A stretch of 64,000 nt of DNA. Origin: Vicugna vicugna (lineage: Eukaryota). The DNA is taken from positions 5,670,407 through 5,734,406 of the forward strand of contig MU058584.1 in the NCBI GenBank assembly GCA_013265495.1. The letters run 5' to 3'. The translations under genes and the position numbers were made by a program. Of the stretch, positions 1-15,261 are shown in pieces. Each line of letters starts with the position of its first letter. Position 1 is the first letter of the stretch. Below the pieces are notes generated by a model. The model saw nothing but the letters and a program-made list of their open reading frames with translations, searched no databases and was not told where the DNA came from.

Positions 1-428
1 TTTTAAAGGGGATTGTTTCTTTACTTTCTTTTTCTGTTGATTTATCGTTAGTGTAAAGAAAGGCAACTGATTTTTGAACATTAATTTTGTAACCTGCTAC
101 CTTGCTGAATTCTTCGATCAGCTCTAGTAGCTTTTTTGTGGACCTTTTAGGGTTTTCTATATATAGTAACATGTCGTCAGCATATAATGACACTTTTACC
201 TCTTCTTTTCCAATTTGGATCCCTTTTATTTCTTTCTCTTGCCTGATTGCTGTGGCTAGGACTTCCAGGACTATATTGAATAGGAGTGGTGATAGTGGGC
301 ATCCTTGTCTTGTCCCAGATTTTAGTGGGAAGCTTTTGAGTTTTTCACCGTTGAGAACTATGCTGGCTATAGGTTTGTCATATATAGCTTTTATTATGTT
401 GAGATATGTTCCCTCTATACCCACTTTG
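1..428 (-). mobile_element. Young 5'-truncated LINE-1, ORF2 reverse-transcriptase region (continues off the left edge), in SLC19A2 intron 2
   Basis: Minus strand reads without stops: [19 protein letters not shown]...[21 protein letters not shown]...[15 protein letters not shown]...[14 protein letters not shown]. The YADD motif is at 173-184. Confidence 0.95.
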
Positions 429-559
429 GCGCTGGGTTTTTCTTTTTCTTTTTTTTTCTTTTTTTTTTAAGCTTTAGAAGTTACTTCTTTCCAACAAAGA
501 ATGAGAGTCTATTACAGTGGTCTTTGGAATCAACTAGATCTTGTTTGAAAATTCTGACT

Positions 560-720
560 GTGCCACTTTCTTTGTGCCTTTGGGTAACTTACTTAATGTA
601 GGCGTCAGTTTCCTCATCTGTAAAATGGGGATAGTGATACATCTATCATAGAGTTTTTGTAAGAATAGTAGTTTTAATAAGAATGAGATAATGAATCTAA
701 GGTTTCTAGCACAGTATCTG
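560..720 (+). mobile_element. MIR SINE remnant
   Basis: Core motif cagtttcctcatctgtaaaatgggga at ~606-631; boundaries approximate. Confidence 0.7.
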
Positions 721-939
721 GTACTCAGGTCAAAATAATGGGAGCTGAGAGGAGGAGGCAGCAGCAGCATACCTGCCTCATATAGAGACAGAAAAATTTC
801 TGAATCTTAGGCATTTTACTGTCAAGTGGAAATTAATGCTTACTTCAACAAGCTATTGGAAGACCTAGATGAGTATTATTCAGTATGTAGCAAGAGCTTA
901 AACAATGCTGGTTTATCTGATATTCTATTTGTCATGATT

Positions 940-1430
940 CATTTATGTAATCAACAAATAGTTATCGAGTACCCATACCACGTGTCTGGCAATGTTCCAG
1001 ACACTGGTGATACAGCAGAAAAGCTCCTGCCCTTATGAAATTTACATTGGAGCAAGGAGACAGGTGATAAACACACACAAACAAGACAGCTTACAGTAGG
1101 AATAATACCATGAAGAAAATAAACAAGGTAATGGGCTAGTAAGTGACTGTGTTCTGGAGACGTAATGAATGACTGCTGAGTGTTAAAGGGCTCCCTAGAA
1201 AGCTGATGCCTGAGTTGAGACCTGAGTGACATAAAGGAACCAGCCATCAAAGTCACAATGAAGGGGAGTCCTGACTGAGAGACCCTCCTGAGTGAAGTTC
1301 TGAGGTGGGATAGCTGACGTGTTTCAGATCAGTTAAGAGATAAGGTCAGAGATGTTGGCCAAATCGTATGGGGTCTTATAGGCCATGATGAGATGAGAAT
1401 TTTGGATTTTCTTCTAAATCGAAATTTCTT
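940..1430 (+). mobile_element. L2 LINE remnant
   Basis: Typical L2 3' motifs (attcatt..caacaaata..ttatcgagtacc; tgagttgagacctgagtga); boundaries approximate. Confidence 0.55.
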
Positions 1431-3154
1431 CTATGATTGGAAAACATAGGGGGATGGATAATTAGGGTTTAATACCTAAAGTATGAAGATTTAAGTCAAG
1501 GGCTGATGACTGCAATTAAGTACTTTTATGATACTAATTACGTGTCCCGACAGATATGGGGGACTGGACAGAGTTTTTCACGCTGTGGCTGGGAAACACA
1601 AGCAAAAGGACATAGTACCTTCACACCTTCACATCGACCAGCTCACAAAACTCAGGATTCGAGAGTTAGAGAAAGCTCAGTGATCATCTGGTTTAACACT
1701 CTCCACGTCTAGGAGTAGCCTAACTCAGTTAAAGAAAAAGAATTCCTGAAGGAATTAGTACCAGACTCTAATAATACATTTCATAAGGTCCAGAATACTG
1801 GGGGTAACTAATTCAAAGGGAAAATGAGAGATTATTTACAGCCCCACAAATAAATGTCTATAGTGAAGGTACAAAGATGTTCTTGATTATTCATAGCTAA
1901 TAAAAATAATCACAGAAATCACCATGTATTGATTACTTGTTATGTATACTAATTTGAAAGCCTTCCATGGCTTTATGTAATACTTGAAACAACCCTATGA
2001 GGTAGGTATATGAATGAGGGAACTAAGTTGTAAAGAATTCAGTATCTTGCCCAAGATCACCCGGCTGGTAAGTACTAGTTCTGGGGCTTGCCTGCTTTTT
2101 TCAAAACCCACTGTACTGTGCTGCCAGAAATGATATTAAGGATAAAGTGGGAACATTCATTTTGCTGCTGTCAGCGTTTGATGGAACTCAAACACATATA
2201 CACACTGAGAATGCTTGCTAATAATAAAAGGTGTCAGTCTACAAACAGAAGTAAAGCTATATTAACAGATACCATTCATTAAGTATTGATTGTGTATCAA
2301 GCCCTGTGCTAAAGATGGTTTACTTTACATTATTTCTAATGGATGAGCAACTTAAATCAGGCCCAGCTACACACCAAGCACAAAACGAGTCCAGTTGCCT
2401 GGTTAGGAAAGAAAATCCCTGGCTTTGGCTGCTCCTCTTCCTGCAATGTCAGCAGGCTTTGCCCCAAAGCAACAGACTCATTCTGAAAAATCAACTCACA
2501 AATACTCTAAGGTAACTTGTGGACTCGGCTATCACTCTGACTTCCACCTCACTTTCCTCTTTTATAAAATCAAGGAAAACCACCCACTGACCTAGCACTT
2601 TTCTTTACCGTAATTACCGTGATTACCCTTAATGATTCACTTAGGGGCTCTGTCAACTTAAAATGGCACTGTGATCTCCAATATCCATATTCTTACTTCC
2701 TTTCAAGCTTGTCAAAGAAAAACAGCAGAATTTTAGGGAGGTTAGGTACAGCTGCCCAGAAGCACTGCTTGCCTGTCATGGTGTCAGCAGCAGAGCCAAG
2801 GAGATCATGGAACTGACTTGAATCCTAATTTTTACCACAGCGTGGCCAGAAACAGGAGTTCTGACCATGTTGTTATCCCAGTGAAAGACTTCAAGGACCA
2901 AAGTACAGACTGAAGTGGATCTCATATATGATCTTAAATTACGTTTAGGAGTATATCTGTGTAATTCTGTACAACTCATTAATGGTGGATCCTAATCTTT
3001 ACCTCTAAAATGAAAGGGTGATGTGATCTAAGGTCCCTTGAAACTTTAAGATGCTCTGATTTTCTATGACCTGTGGTTAGAATCACTCCTAATTCTAAAA
3101 TTTTATAATTCTTCAGCATGTCAAGTACTAATATCTTAACATTGTCATTCTAAG

Positions 3155-3495
3155 ATCGCTCATATGTGGAATCTAAAAAAAAAAACAAAAAAAAAAACCA
3201 AAGCATAAATACAAAACAGAAATAGACTCATAGACATAGAATACAAACTTGTCGTTGCCAAGGGGGTGGAGGGTGGGAAGGGATAGACGGGATTTCAACA
3301 CTGTAGAATAGATAAGCAAGAATATATTGTATAGCACAGGGAAATATAAACAAGATCTTATGGTAGCTCACAGAGAAAAAAATGTGACAATGAATATATA
3401 TATGTTCATGTATAACTGAAAAATTGTGCTCTCCACTGGAATTTGACACAACATTGTAAAATGATTGTAAATCAATAAAAAAATGTTTAAAAAAG
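3155..3495 (+). mobile_element. LINE-1 3' UTR fragment
   Basis: atcgctcatatgtggaatctaaaa...gtataactgaa...caacattgtaaaatgattgtaaatcaataaaaaa followed by an A-rich tail. Confidence 0.8.
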
Positions 3496-3663
3496 TCTAT
3501 AAATAACAAATATCAAGTTGGTCTAGGACAGAGTTTTTTAGACTTCAGGTTCCAACTCATTAGAAGGTAATAAAATCAATTTAGTGGGCAGCAATCACAT
3601 TATAAAAAAACAAATATAATGGGATGTGTCAGAATAAATTATTGAGTTGCAAAGCTTTTGTTT

Positions 3664-4397
3664 CACAGATGAATTTGAGGGGTTCAAGACTTCAGCAGAG
3701 GACGTAACTCAGATGTGGTGGAAACAGCAAGAGAACCAGAATTAGGAGTGGAGCCTGAGATTGTGACTTAACTGCTGTCATCTCATGATAAAACTTAAAT
3801 GTATAAGGAGCTGCTTCTGATGGATAAGCAAAGAAAGTGGAATCTGCTCCTGGTGAAGATGCTATGAAGACTGTTGAAATGACAACCAAGGATTTAGCAT
3901 ATTACGTAAACTTTGTTGATAAAGCAGTGGCTGGGTTTAGGATGACTGACTCCAATTTTAAAAGTTCTACTGTGGGTAAAATGCTATCAAACAGCATTGA
4001 TGCTATAGAGAAACCGTAAAATGAAGAATTAACTGATATGGCAAACTTCATTGTTGTCTTATTTTAAGAAATTGCCACACTCACCCCAACCTTTAGCAAG
4101 TACCAGCCTGATCAGTCAGCATCCAGCAACAATGAGGCAAGACTCTCCACCAGTAAAATGATGACGACTTGCTGAAGGGTCAGATGATATCATTTGTTTG
4201 CAATAATGTATTTTTAAATTAAAGTGTATATATTTTTTAGACATAATGTTATGGCACTTAATAGACTACCATATAGTGAAAACATAACTTATATGTACTG
4301 TGAAACCAAAAGAATTGTATAACTCGCTTTATTAGGCTACCTGCTTTATATTTCAGTGGTCTGGAACTGAACCCACAATATCTTCAAGGTATGCCTG
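3664..4397 (+). mobile_element. Tigger1-like (TcMar-Tigger) DNA transposon, 3' portion
   Basis: Degenerate transposase C-terminal remnant (ESAPGEDAMKTVEMTTKDLAYYVNFVDKAVAGF...). Terminal inverted repeat ...caatatcttcaaggtatgcctg followed by a TA target dinucleotide at 4398-4399. Confidence 0.85.
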
Positions 4398-4842
4398 TAT
4401 CAGGTGCAATTTCCAGCCTCAGGTGAGGAAGATAACTTCCTGTCCTTAAATAGTTTGGACTTTAATTCAGAAACTGGAAGTAGAGATTCATCATTTATTG
4501 CTATCACTTCATTAAGAGGAAATTTTCTGAGAGCTTCCTTTATATACCAAGTTCTGGGACAGAAAGATGAAGAAGAGACAGACATTGCTGTGGCTTCTAG
4601 GACATCTCTGACACGGGCAATATAATGTGCCAGTCTGACCTTGGAGGTCACTCACTCCAGGGGAAAATATATTTGTCATCTCTAAGATAAATCAACATTA
4701 CTGTGAATCAATGAATGAATGGACCAATGAACCAACTCAAGATAAAACCAAATCCAAATGAATTCAGGGCTTCCTGTCTGTTTCTTCACCATTGGTCTAG
4801 CCCCCAGGGTAGCAGCCACAAGACATTTAAGAATGTGCTTAC

Positions 4843-5445
4843 CTGTTCCTCCACAGGAGGTTCTTCTGTATTTAGAGGGATTTTTGATTCAACATCCTCC
4901 CACTGGGGAAGGTGGTTAGAGGTTGAGATGTCAGTGGCAATGCCACCATTCTGTACCTTGACACCATTCCTCCCCTGGTCGGCGGGAGGGACATGATGAA
5001 AGAAAAGGCTCTTCTGTGGCATAGGCAGAAACCAGGCCACTGCAAAAGCCACAGAAACGCAGGTAAGAGAGATGACGTTCAGGCTGAAGAGGGACCAGCC
5101 TGCCACTGAGACGAGGATCTGCCCTAGCACGGAGCCCACCGTGAAGCCCACCAAGGTGGCACTTCGACAGTAGCTTGTAACTTTCTGGTACATGCTCAGG
5201 TCTACCACACTGTAGATATAGGAATAATAGGCAATTTCAGTGGCTGTAGCGATGCCATAGAAGAATTCCAAGAACTGAATGGCCAGCAGTCCCTGGGCGT
5301 AGAGCAGCATGAACCATGTAACAATAAGGCTGAGTCCCTGCAGCAGAACCACAGGTTTGTAACGGAGGTAGTCGGTGGCAAGGAACACGGGAAACAGCAG
5401 CACCAGGTAGGAGTAAGTCCATACTGGATAAATTTCATTTAAGAC
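4843..5445 (-). CDS. SLC19A2: Thiamine transporter 1, coding exon 2 (603 bp, 201 codons)
   Basis: [33 protein letters not shown]...[14 protein letters not shown] matches THTR-1. Acceptor tttttccatcag at 5446-5447; donor CAG|GTAAGC at 4841-4842. Confidence 0.98.
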
Positions 5446-5774
5446 CTGATGGAAAAAGGATAAAATCCCATTAGTGATATCAAAGGAACTGGAATAGTCG
5501 TAACAGTTTATTCTTACAAAACAATCTACTGATACCTCAAATATCTCATCCTTATCAACCAAAGGTATCAATCATTCTGATGATTGTTGGAAATGTACTT
5601 CCTGTTTCCACCGCATCATTTTTCTCCTAGTAAAACCCTCCCTGTTCAGCAAGGTCTGGTTCAACGCCTTCCTCATCCCGGACAACTTTGTTGCAGCTGA
5701 CAGTATTTGTATCCAAAGCTTTTTTGATGTTGCTTTCTTTCTATGTGCCAGTTTCCCCAGTTACCTCATAGGAC

Positions 5775-5897
5775 TGGTTCTTAGCCATGGCTACACATCT
5801 CCCAAGGAGCTTTGAAAACTTTGGATGCCCAGCCATAGATATTTTTTAAAAACCTCCTAGGACATTTTAATATGAGCCAGAGTTGAGAACCATTGCC
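5775..5897. mobile_element. MER5-like hAT-Charlie remnant
   Basis: ctggttctta...gagttgagaaccattg terminal motifs. Confidence 0.5.
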
Positions 5898-8794
5898 TAA
5901 CAGATTCTCGCAGGGTGGACTTGACTTTCATGTGCACAGCCTAGTAACCAGCACACTCTTTGGAAGACACTTGGCTCAATAAATGCTTTGGAAACAAATA
6001 CATGCCCTAGAATCGTTGTCAATTCTTACTTTTAGCTACAGAATGGGGACCCTTGATCCTACTGTTTGATTAGGTTTCTATGATTTTACTGTTTAAGTTT
6101 CTATGATTCTAAGTTTTATTTCTTTGGGGAAATAGTAATAAAGAGGGTAAACCTGTCCTACAGTCTTAACAGAATAACTATCTGTGGATGGTAGCATTAT
6201 AAGCAACTTTGAGGTCCTTCTCTTTGCTTGTCTGTAATATGAAAAAATACGAAGGTTTTGTTGTTTCCTTCTTCATTAATTTTTCATTGGAAGATAGAAA
6301 TAATCTTAAACCACAAAGACCCCAGCTGGAATTTTAGTTCCATCATTTGCTGTATTAGAAACAAGTTATTTATTTATTTTTTTCCAGTTCCTTTTAGCCT
6401 TAATCTCCATTATCAGTAAAAGAGAAGTAAAAATTATGCCATAGTGTTTGTTGCAAGGATTAAATGAGAGAATACATGTAAATCACTCACTCCACTTCAT
6501 TCATAGGTCTAAAGACTTAAGGACTAAAGCTGAAACACAGACCACGTGGGACATTAGGAATTAAATTAATGGAACTCTCACCTTCATTCTTGCAATAACA
6601 CTCATTGTAGGGGACTTTTCCCTCTTCTAACACCTACCCCAGAGTCTAGCTAGTTCCTGGGGGTTTAAGTAAGTCAGTTTTTTAAGCGATCATTTCAAAG
6701 TCTGGCTCAGTGGCCCCAGTTTGTAAGTGCTTCCTGAAATGCAGTCTTGCTAACAGGCTAGATACTTTGCAATGGAGCAATCTAATCCTAGGCTCTGACA
6801 ATCTAAGACCAAAGGTAAATTTCTTTTTTTAACTCTCATGTATACCTCATTTCACCTATGTATAAAGTGGACTAGTTGTTTTAAGGCTTTAGAGGAACAG
6901 TAAAATAAAAAATTATTATAAAATATTTTGCAAGTATAGAGAACAACTATAAAAGTAAGATATAATCTGAAATATATTCCAGACTTGATTTCTGACTGCT
7001 GACTGGCCAAATATCAAAAGTGATTCATCTAATAGCCTCACTTTCATGAATTTTGTTTTCAGTTGTGTTCATAAATCATTTAGTAACTTCCACTTAGGAA
7101 ATTTTCTTGCATCTGAATTTGTGAATGAACAAATAATCAAGGGCTGTACAAGTGGTTCTTCTTCACAAGTCTGAAAATTTTAGCAAATGCAGAACAAAGT
7201 GCACTCAGCTGACATGACACAGGGAGAGACGGTCTCTCAGTAGAAAACCAAAGGGGATAAGGGCAACCTTGAGATGAAAGCCCCGAAGAGTGAAGGCTTC
7301 CTTACAGACTTTTCACAGTTGTGTTCCATTAGCAACTTTCCACTCCTTTTTCTGCCTGCAATTTTACAGATATTCTCCTACAGTTTTAAGTGTGAAACTG
7401 CCTCCACTGTTGGAACTGCATGTTCCTTCACCTTCACATTTTCCCCAACACAATGTCACTAAGCCATGAGCCATCACGCCCTTCCTTTAAAAATATCTTC
7501 CCACAGTTCCCTATCTTCTTTTGTTTTCCACCACACCCCTTGGGACTTAATCATTGAGTCTTCACTCCAGTAAAATTGCCTATACATAGACATGTGATGT
7601 ACCTTTCAATAACAGTTGTCCCAAAAGAATGAACTGCCAAGTTTTCATTATAAAAAATCTCAGCCTTTCCGTTATCAATTTAAAGTATTTATATTGATGA
7701 GCCTAATTCTACTCCTAATACAAAACCTCAATTTAGATAATGAAGATGAGGAAAAAGCAATGCCAAGTAGAAACAAAGCAAGTGGGAGGATAAAGACCAG
7801 ACGGGTTCTCTTTAACTTATTCTAAATAAGAAATCTGAATTTACTTCTGGGAGAGAGATCAACCCAGGATGAATGTCCCTTTCACAGTATTATCAGCATT
7901 ATAACAGCAAATCTCTACTCATGTGCTATACACTATGGTGATGACCTTACCTACATTACCTCACTTAATCCAAACAACCCTAGGAGATAAATGCTTTTAT
8001 CCTCTCTATTTTACAACTGAGGAACCTGACCTTAGGTGAATTGCCCAAAGTCACCCCAGCTAGTCATTGTCAGAGGGAGGATCTGAACCTAGATCTTCTG
8101 AATCCAGCACACTAAAATGCCTCATTTCTTTAGCCAGAAAACTCTTACTGATCATCTACTATGTTCTAGGCTTACTTCCAATGCTGGCAGCAGCTTTTTC
8201 AACCTGCAAAGGGGTGCTTTCATAGGGCATCCATGAATACAGAAGACCAGACAATTTCCAGAGCTTAGCCATGGGGTCTCCAATAGACCCCTTCTTTCTC
8301 AGTGAAGCTGTTATGCCAGGAAATGCTTCTTTGATGAGCACTTTGAACCCTGAAGAGAAACCTTCCACACGCAAAAATGTACGGATTGCAGACTTAATTG
8401 TCCATACCTGGACAATACCTTCTTATCTCAGGTAAAATCTGCCACATGAGCAAAGGGAATTGATTTTATTCTAAGGTGCCTTTCACAGCTCTTTGGATCA
8501 GAGCTTGTTTGAGCTTTCTTCTAAGTTACAAAAAAGTCAAGGGAAAACAATGTTCAGTTTTAATCTCTATTCAATCAGGCCAATCAAGTTTCAATTAAAC
8601 AACTAGTTAATGAGTACAGACCAGTGGATGAGAGACTGGATATGCTGGACTTTATGACTGTAAGATTAATGTAGGTGGAGCTTGGGCATGTAGAAGGCAA
8701 GGGGAAGAAGGAGGTAGTAGGAGATAAGGCTGTTAAGGAGGCAAGAGCCAAATTCTGTAAGGCTCTGAATGTCAGGAAGCATAGTTAAAAATAT

Positions 8795-9520
8795 CTTTTT
8801 ATTGAAGTATAGTTGATGTGCATATTACTTAAGTTACAGGTGTACAGTATAGTGATTCACAATTTTTAAAGGTTATATTCCACTTATAGTTATTATAAAA
8901 TATTGGCTATAAATTGTACAATATATCCTTATAACTTATTTTATACTTAACAGTTGTACCTCTTAATCCCCTACCCTTATGTTGCTCCTCTCCCCACTGG
9001 TAACCACTAGTTTGTTCTCTATATCTGTGAGTCTGCTTCTTTTCTGTTATATTTGCCAGTTTGTTGTAGTTTTTGATTCCACATATAAATGATATCCTAT
9101 AATATTTATCTTTCTCTGGCTGACTTACTTCACCTAGCATAATGCCCTCAAAGTCCATCCATGGTGCTGCAAATAGCAAAATTTCATTCTTTTTATGTCT
9201 GAATAGTACTCCATTGTATGTATATACCACATCTTTATCCATTCATCTGTTGATGGACATTTAGGTTGCTTCCTATCTTGGCAATTTTAAATAATGCTGC
9301 TATGACGCTATGAACATTGGGGTACATGTATCTTTTTGAATTCATGTTTTAGTTTTTTTGTTTTTTTTTTATATACCCATGAGTGGAATTGCTGGGTCAT
9401 ATGGTAGTTCTATTTTTAATTTTTTGAGAAACCTCCACACTGTTTTTTACAGTGGCTGCACCAATTCACACCAACAGTGTATAAGAGTTCCCTTTTCTCC
9501 ATATCCTTGCCAACATTTGG
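8795..9520 (-). mobile_element. LINE-1 3' end (ORF2 C-terminus plus 3' UTR)
   Basis: tttttattgaagtatagttg...ccattcatctgttgatggacatttaggttg...gagtggaattgctgggtcatatggtagttctatttttaattttttgagaaacctcc. Confidence 0.9.
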
Positions 9521-10576
9521 AAGAACAGTTTTAATGTTTAAGTTTAATGCTTTAAAATTTTCAAATAAAGGTAGTGAATGTCCCAAATCACATGCTGAAA
9601 AAGATGAAGGGATAAAAAAGTTTTAGGCTATAAATAGCTCTATTTTATTTAAAGTTTGGCTTTCAACTATTGAAATATGGTCAAATTTTAACCTGTTTAA
9701 AATTTATAAAATGATACCTAAAACAGGTTAATGGTTTTCCTGAAATCTAAGAAAAAAAATTTTGAGATTGTTAAAAAGAAATTCTGTCCTTTTCCCTCTC
9801 CTTTTGTCTTTTGTTTTGGTTAACAATACCTTTATTTAAGATGATACCACTTAGCCCTTCTAAAGTCTTCTAGGGGGAAATACAAAGTTCAATACAAATA
9901 CTACTGACCATGATTTGACATTCACTTTGCTCAAAAATCATGTGATATTAAATAAATAACTGTCCATTGGTGAAATCAAGCACTCAGTCAGGAATGAGAA
10001 CAAGTTGTCCTATTCATTTTAGTTATCAGATATTCAAAAAATCTAGGGTTCCAGAGAGGGTAGACAGAGCCAGACGGTGCACGACCAACAGAATGGGCCA
10101 TGATTCTGAGGTCCTCAGAGACAAATGACACCAGGTTTCTCTTCAAACCCTATCCTCTTCATCTAATTTGCAGTAACAGAAGTGTGCTATGTTTTTGTTA
10201 CACAGTCAGCAAATATCTCCTGGGCCTGGTACCCCTGCTTTATTTCTATGCCCCCTGAACATATTCCGCTTGCCCTGGAAGCTGTCCGATAAGACAGGGC
10301 ACACGATGGCACATCTCACAGCAATCCTGCCCAGGGCACTTGGACAAAATAGATCAGCTTTCAAATAGCAACACTGAGAGTGTGTTCCTCCCCTGTGTGC
10401 TTTTCCTCCAGGCGAGGTACACAAACTGTGCAGATCACATGGCAGTTCCCAAGAAACTTTAATTGTTAGCAGCCCACAAGGAGCACCACTTCTGTTCAGT
10501 GGCTACACCTCAGATTTAGTGGTTGTTTTGGGTCTCCAGAATCATTTTCTCTCATATTTACTGCAGTGATTTTCTT

Positions 10577-10772
10577 TCTTTCTTTTTTTTTTTTTAATTG
10601 CGGTTTGGTTGGTTTACAATGTTGTGTTAATTTCTGGTGTACAGCACAGTGATTCAGTTATACATATATATGCATTCCTTTTCATTAGGCTATTACAAGA
10701 TACTGAATATAATTCCCTGTGCTATTTGTAGGACCTTGTTGTTTATCTATTTTATACATAGTAGTTAGTATC
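10577..10772 (-). mobile_element. Short 5'-truncated LINE-1 3' UTR insertion with target-site duplication
   Basis: Poly-T then L1 3' UTR, flanked by tactgcagtgattttctt (10559-10576) and tactgcagtaactttctt (10773-10790). Confidence 0.8.
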
Positions 10773-12059
10773 TACTGCAGTAACTTTCTTCTTGCAGAAT
10801 CGTTCTGTTCCCAAGAGTTGGCCCTTTCCATTTTATTATTGTTTTGAACCAATATTACAATTTAAATCCGTAATGAATAACAGTTACAGTTCCTTGTGGA
10901 CTGCTCCGTAAGACCAAGAAGTAGAAGATCTGAAGTTGGGTAAAGGTCAGTGCTACTTTCTAGTGGCAAGACAACGTGAGAAACTCAAGTGAAATCCTCA
11001 ATCCAGGGTTCAAACACTGACTTCCAATTCTCTGTTAAGTGCCCTTGAAAATGGACAAGCAGTGCAACCACAAACTGGACTATGAGTAATTAATCCTACT
11101 CTGACCTGTTATGCAGGGATACTGAGTTGCTACTCAAAAGAGGTGACTACTAATTACACCAAGAAGAGTAAGGTTTAAATGGGAGGAGTGTTTCATAGCC
11201 ACTGGGGCAGGAGGCAGGGTGGGAGGAAAAGTAGACACAGGGAAAAAGGAACAGCTAATAAGTGCCCACTCAGCTTTCACCCTTTGTAGTGTTGAAGGGA
11301 GAGGATGCTGAATCTGCTTTATTTGGATTCTGTTGTAGCACCTTGAGTTTAATTCCTTTTTCAATTAATACGTCTTTCTTCAAAAAAAAAAAAAACAAGT
11401 GTTGAGATCAGCCATATATTTCAAAGAGTTAAGCACATTTTTAAAGTATACAGTGTACTTCTGAAGTACTTTACTTATAAATCCTCCTACGGAAAATCAA
11501 ACAGCAAGAAGTTCTTGATCATGGACTATGTACTCTCAATTACTCTGAACATCACAGCAGAACAGAAAGGAGCAAAACTGACACCTGTATAGCAACAATT
11601 CACAACGCAAGAAAAACTGTAAAAGTGCCAACTGTGTGGTACCATCTAAGTATCTGCTTTTATCCCAGGAGGTGGAGGTCGGGTTGGGGAAGCATATCCT
11701 TCGACACAGCCTCACCCAGTTAAAAATCAAGACAAGATGATAGATTCTTGTTGTCCTGTATTGTCCTTATTTGAGAACATCCGTCTTGTCAAAGGTTAAA
11801 GAAAGTAAGGTAGAAGGAAGAGGGTGCAGCAGGTAGAGGGAAGATCCTTTCAGAAAGCAGGGGTTACTCCGCATCTGGTTCCTTACTTTCAGGCAGCAAA
11901 TATTTATTTAAACCTTTACCATGTCCAAAGTACAACTTACTGTTTTCGCTTTTTTATCCAAAATTCTCCTCCTTCCCTCCCCCGCCCACAAGCAAGAACT
12001 GCTGGATCAGTGTAAGCAGAGTGGGGGCTAAGTTACTTTACAGCATCATCAGCACCATC

Positions 12060-13400
<1,341 letters not shown>

Positions 13401-14647
13401 TGGAGTCCTAATTAAAGGGTCTTAGGTTTATTTCGTTACTCTTTGTACGTGGGATACGAAAAACAAGCGTAACTTTAGGCATAACCTGTGTTTAAAGGGA
13501 AAGTGGAAAATCCCGAGTTATTAAAGCAAGCACAAAATATCGGTCTCTTTATTAAAACAAAACAGAAGTCTTGGCATAGTTTTCAAGGGCAAAGCGTGAC
13601 AAGAATCCCCAGTGCTTTCCTTCATCTCTCTCTGTAAGCCTCTTTCTGCCTGACTCAGCTTAATTGTATCCCAAGTCCTAACACCGCAGACCAAGCTGCA
13701 CCATTTAAAGCAATTTTTCCTGTGCAGTATTTGCAGAATAACATCCTGCCAGAACCTCACAGAAAACATTTTTGAACTGTCTATTTTACTATAATGTAAG
13801 TTACGACCCATCTAGCTCAAATTTTTACCTGAGTTGGCAAATGACGCTTTTTGCAAAAAAAAAAAAAAGATACTTTTTGCACTCAGCCACAAAAAATGAC
13901 TACCAGATAGGACAACATACTAGTGAAGGAAGAGATCTATGAGTTGATTAATCTCTGAAGAAATGCAATTGTTGGTACTTAACAACTGTCGCCTCACAGT
14001 GTGGTCCAGGAAGCACTACGAGTTTTGAGGATATTCAGGAGATCAGAGTACTTTAATAATAATGTTAAAAGTTTATTTCCTTTTCCAGTCTACAGACTAC
14101 ATGGTGTATGGTGGCATTATCACTTTAAAGGCTAAGAGAATTTGTGTATATGTTTGTGTTTAAAAACTTTCCAAATTTAACTTCTAATATGGCAAATAGG
14201 TATAACCCACACACACACACACAAAAGTGTCCTCAATTACAGGAGTTTTGAGGCCAAAAACTAAGAACTTCTAATCTGCACAATGGAATTATCTAGTTGC
14301 CTAAACTCCAGCTGTAGTATCTACTTCTCATTCGACTATGGAGAGAACACCCGTGGTCCTCTTGGCAATTGCTTTGCGTTTACATTCAGTGCCTTAGTAG
14401 AAGATAAGAGAGGAAGAGAAAAACAAGAGAGGCCTCAGAAAGAGAAGCCCACTTACTAAGAACAACTTTCCGTCCCTTCCCTGAGTCTTGAAGACCTGAA
14501 TTGTTTTAATCTGTAAATCACTGGTTCTGAAATTTTTCCTTAGTATAAATCACTTAGGCACCTCAAATCCTCTGCAGTGTTGGGTTTTAAGAAATGGCAA
14601 TTGTTCTTGAATTGGGTAGAAACTTACTATTTTTCTCTAAGAGGTCA

Positions 14648-15244
14648 TGGCAGAATTCTAAGCCTGACACCTAATGACACTTGCCCTTGTACAGTCTGCA
14701 CCCCTTTGAGCACGAAGTGGAACCCCTGAATTTGATGAGATAATACAGCTGATTGTTACGTTATATGGTAAAAGTGAGGCTATCCGGGTGAGCCCAGTCT
14801 AATCACATGAGCTCTTTAAAAGCAGAGAATTTGTCTACTGCTGGTAGCAGAAGGCGCAGTCAGAGATATCTGAAGAATGAGAAAGATTTGACATACTGCT
14901 GCCGGTGGGGGCTCTGTGCCAAGGATGTGGGCACCCTATGGCAGCTGAGACTGACTCTTGGCTGACAGCCAGCAAGGAACTGGGGATTTCAGTACTACAG
15001 TCCAAAGGAACTGAACTCTGCTAACAACCTAAAAAAGCTTGGAAGCGGTTTCTTCCTCAGAACCTCCAGATAAGAGCATAGCACAGCCAACAACTTAATT
15101 TCTGCCTGTCAGGCTTTAAGTAGAGAACCCACTCAAGCCGACCTGGACGTCTGATCTACAGAACTGTAAGCTAAATTGTTTTTGTAATTTTTTAAGCACC
15201 GAAGTTTCTAATAATTTGTTATGCAGCAACGGGAAACTAATACA
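14648..15244 (+). mobile_element. MLT1-type (ERVL-MaLR) solo LTR
   Basis: tggcagaattctaag...cagccagcaaggaactggggatttcagt...taatttgttatgcagcaacgggaaactaataca. Confidence 0.8.
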
Positions 15245-15261
15245 GAGGTATATAGAATTTA

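Noticed and set aside
102..470. 122-aa plus-strand ORF
   Set aside because: Antisense shadow of L1 ORF2.
5446..5571. N-terminal extension of the 261-aa ORF, and similar extensions on the F5 exon ORFs
   Set aside because: Intronic read-through beyond clear acceptor and donor sites.
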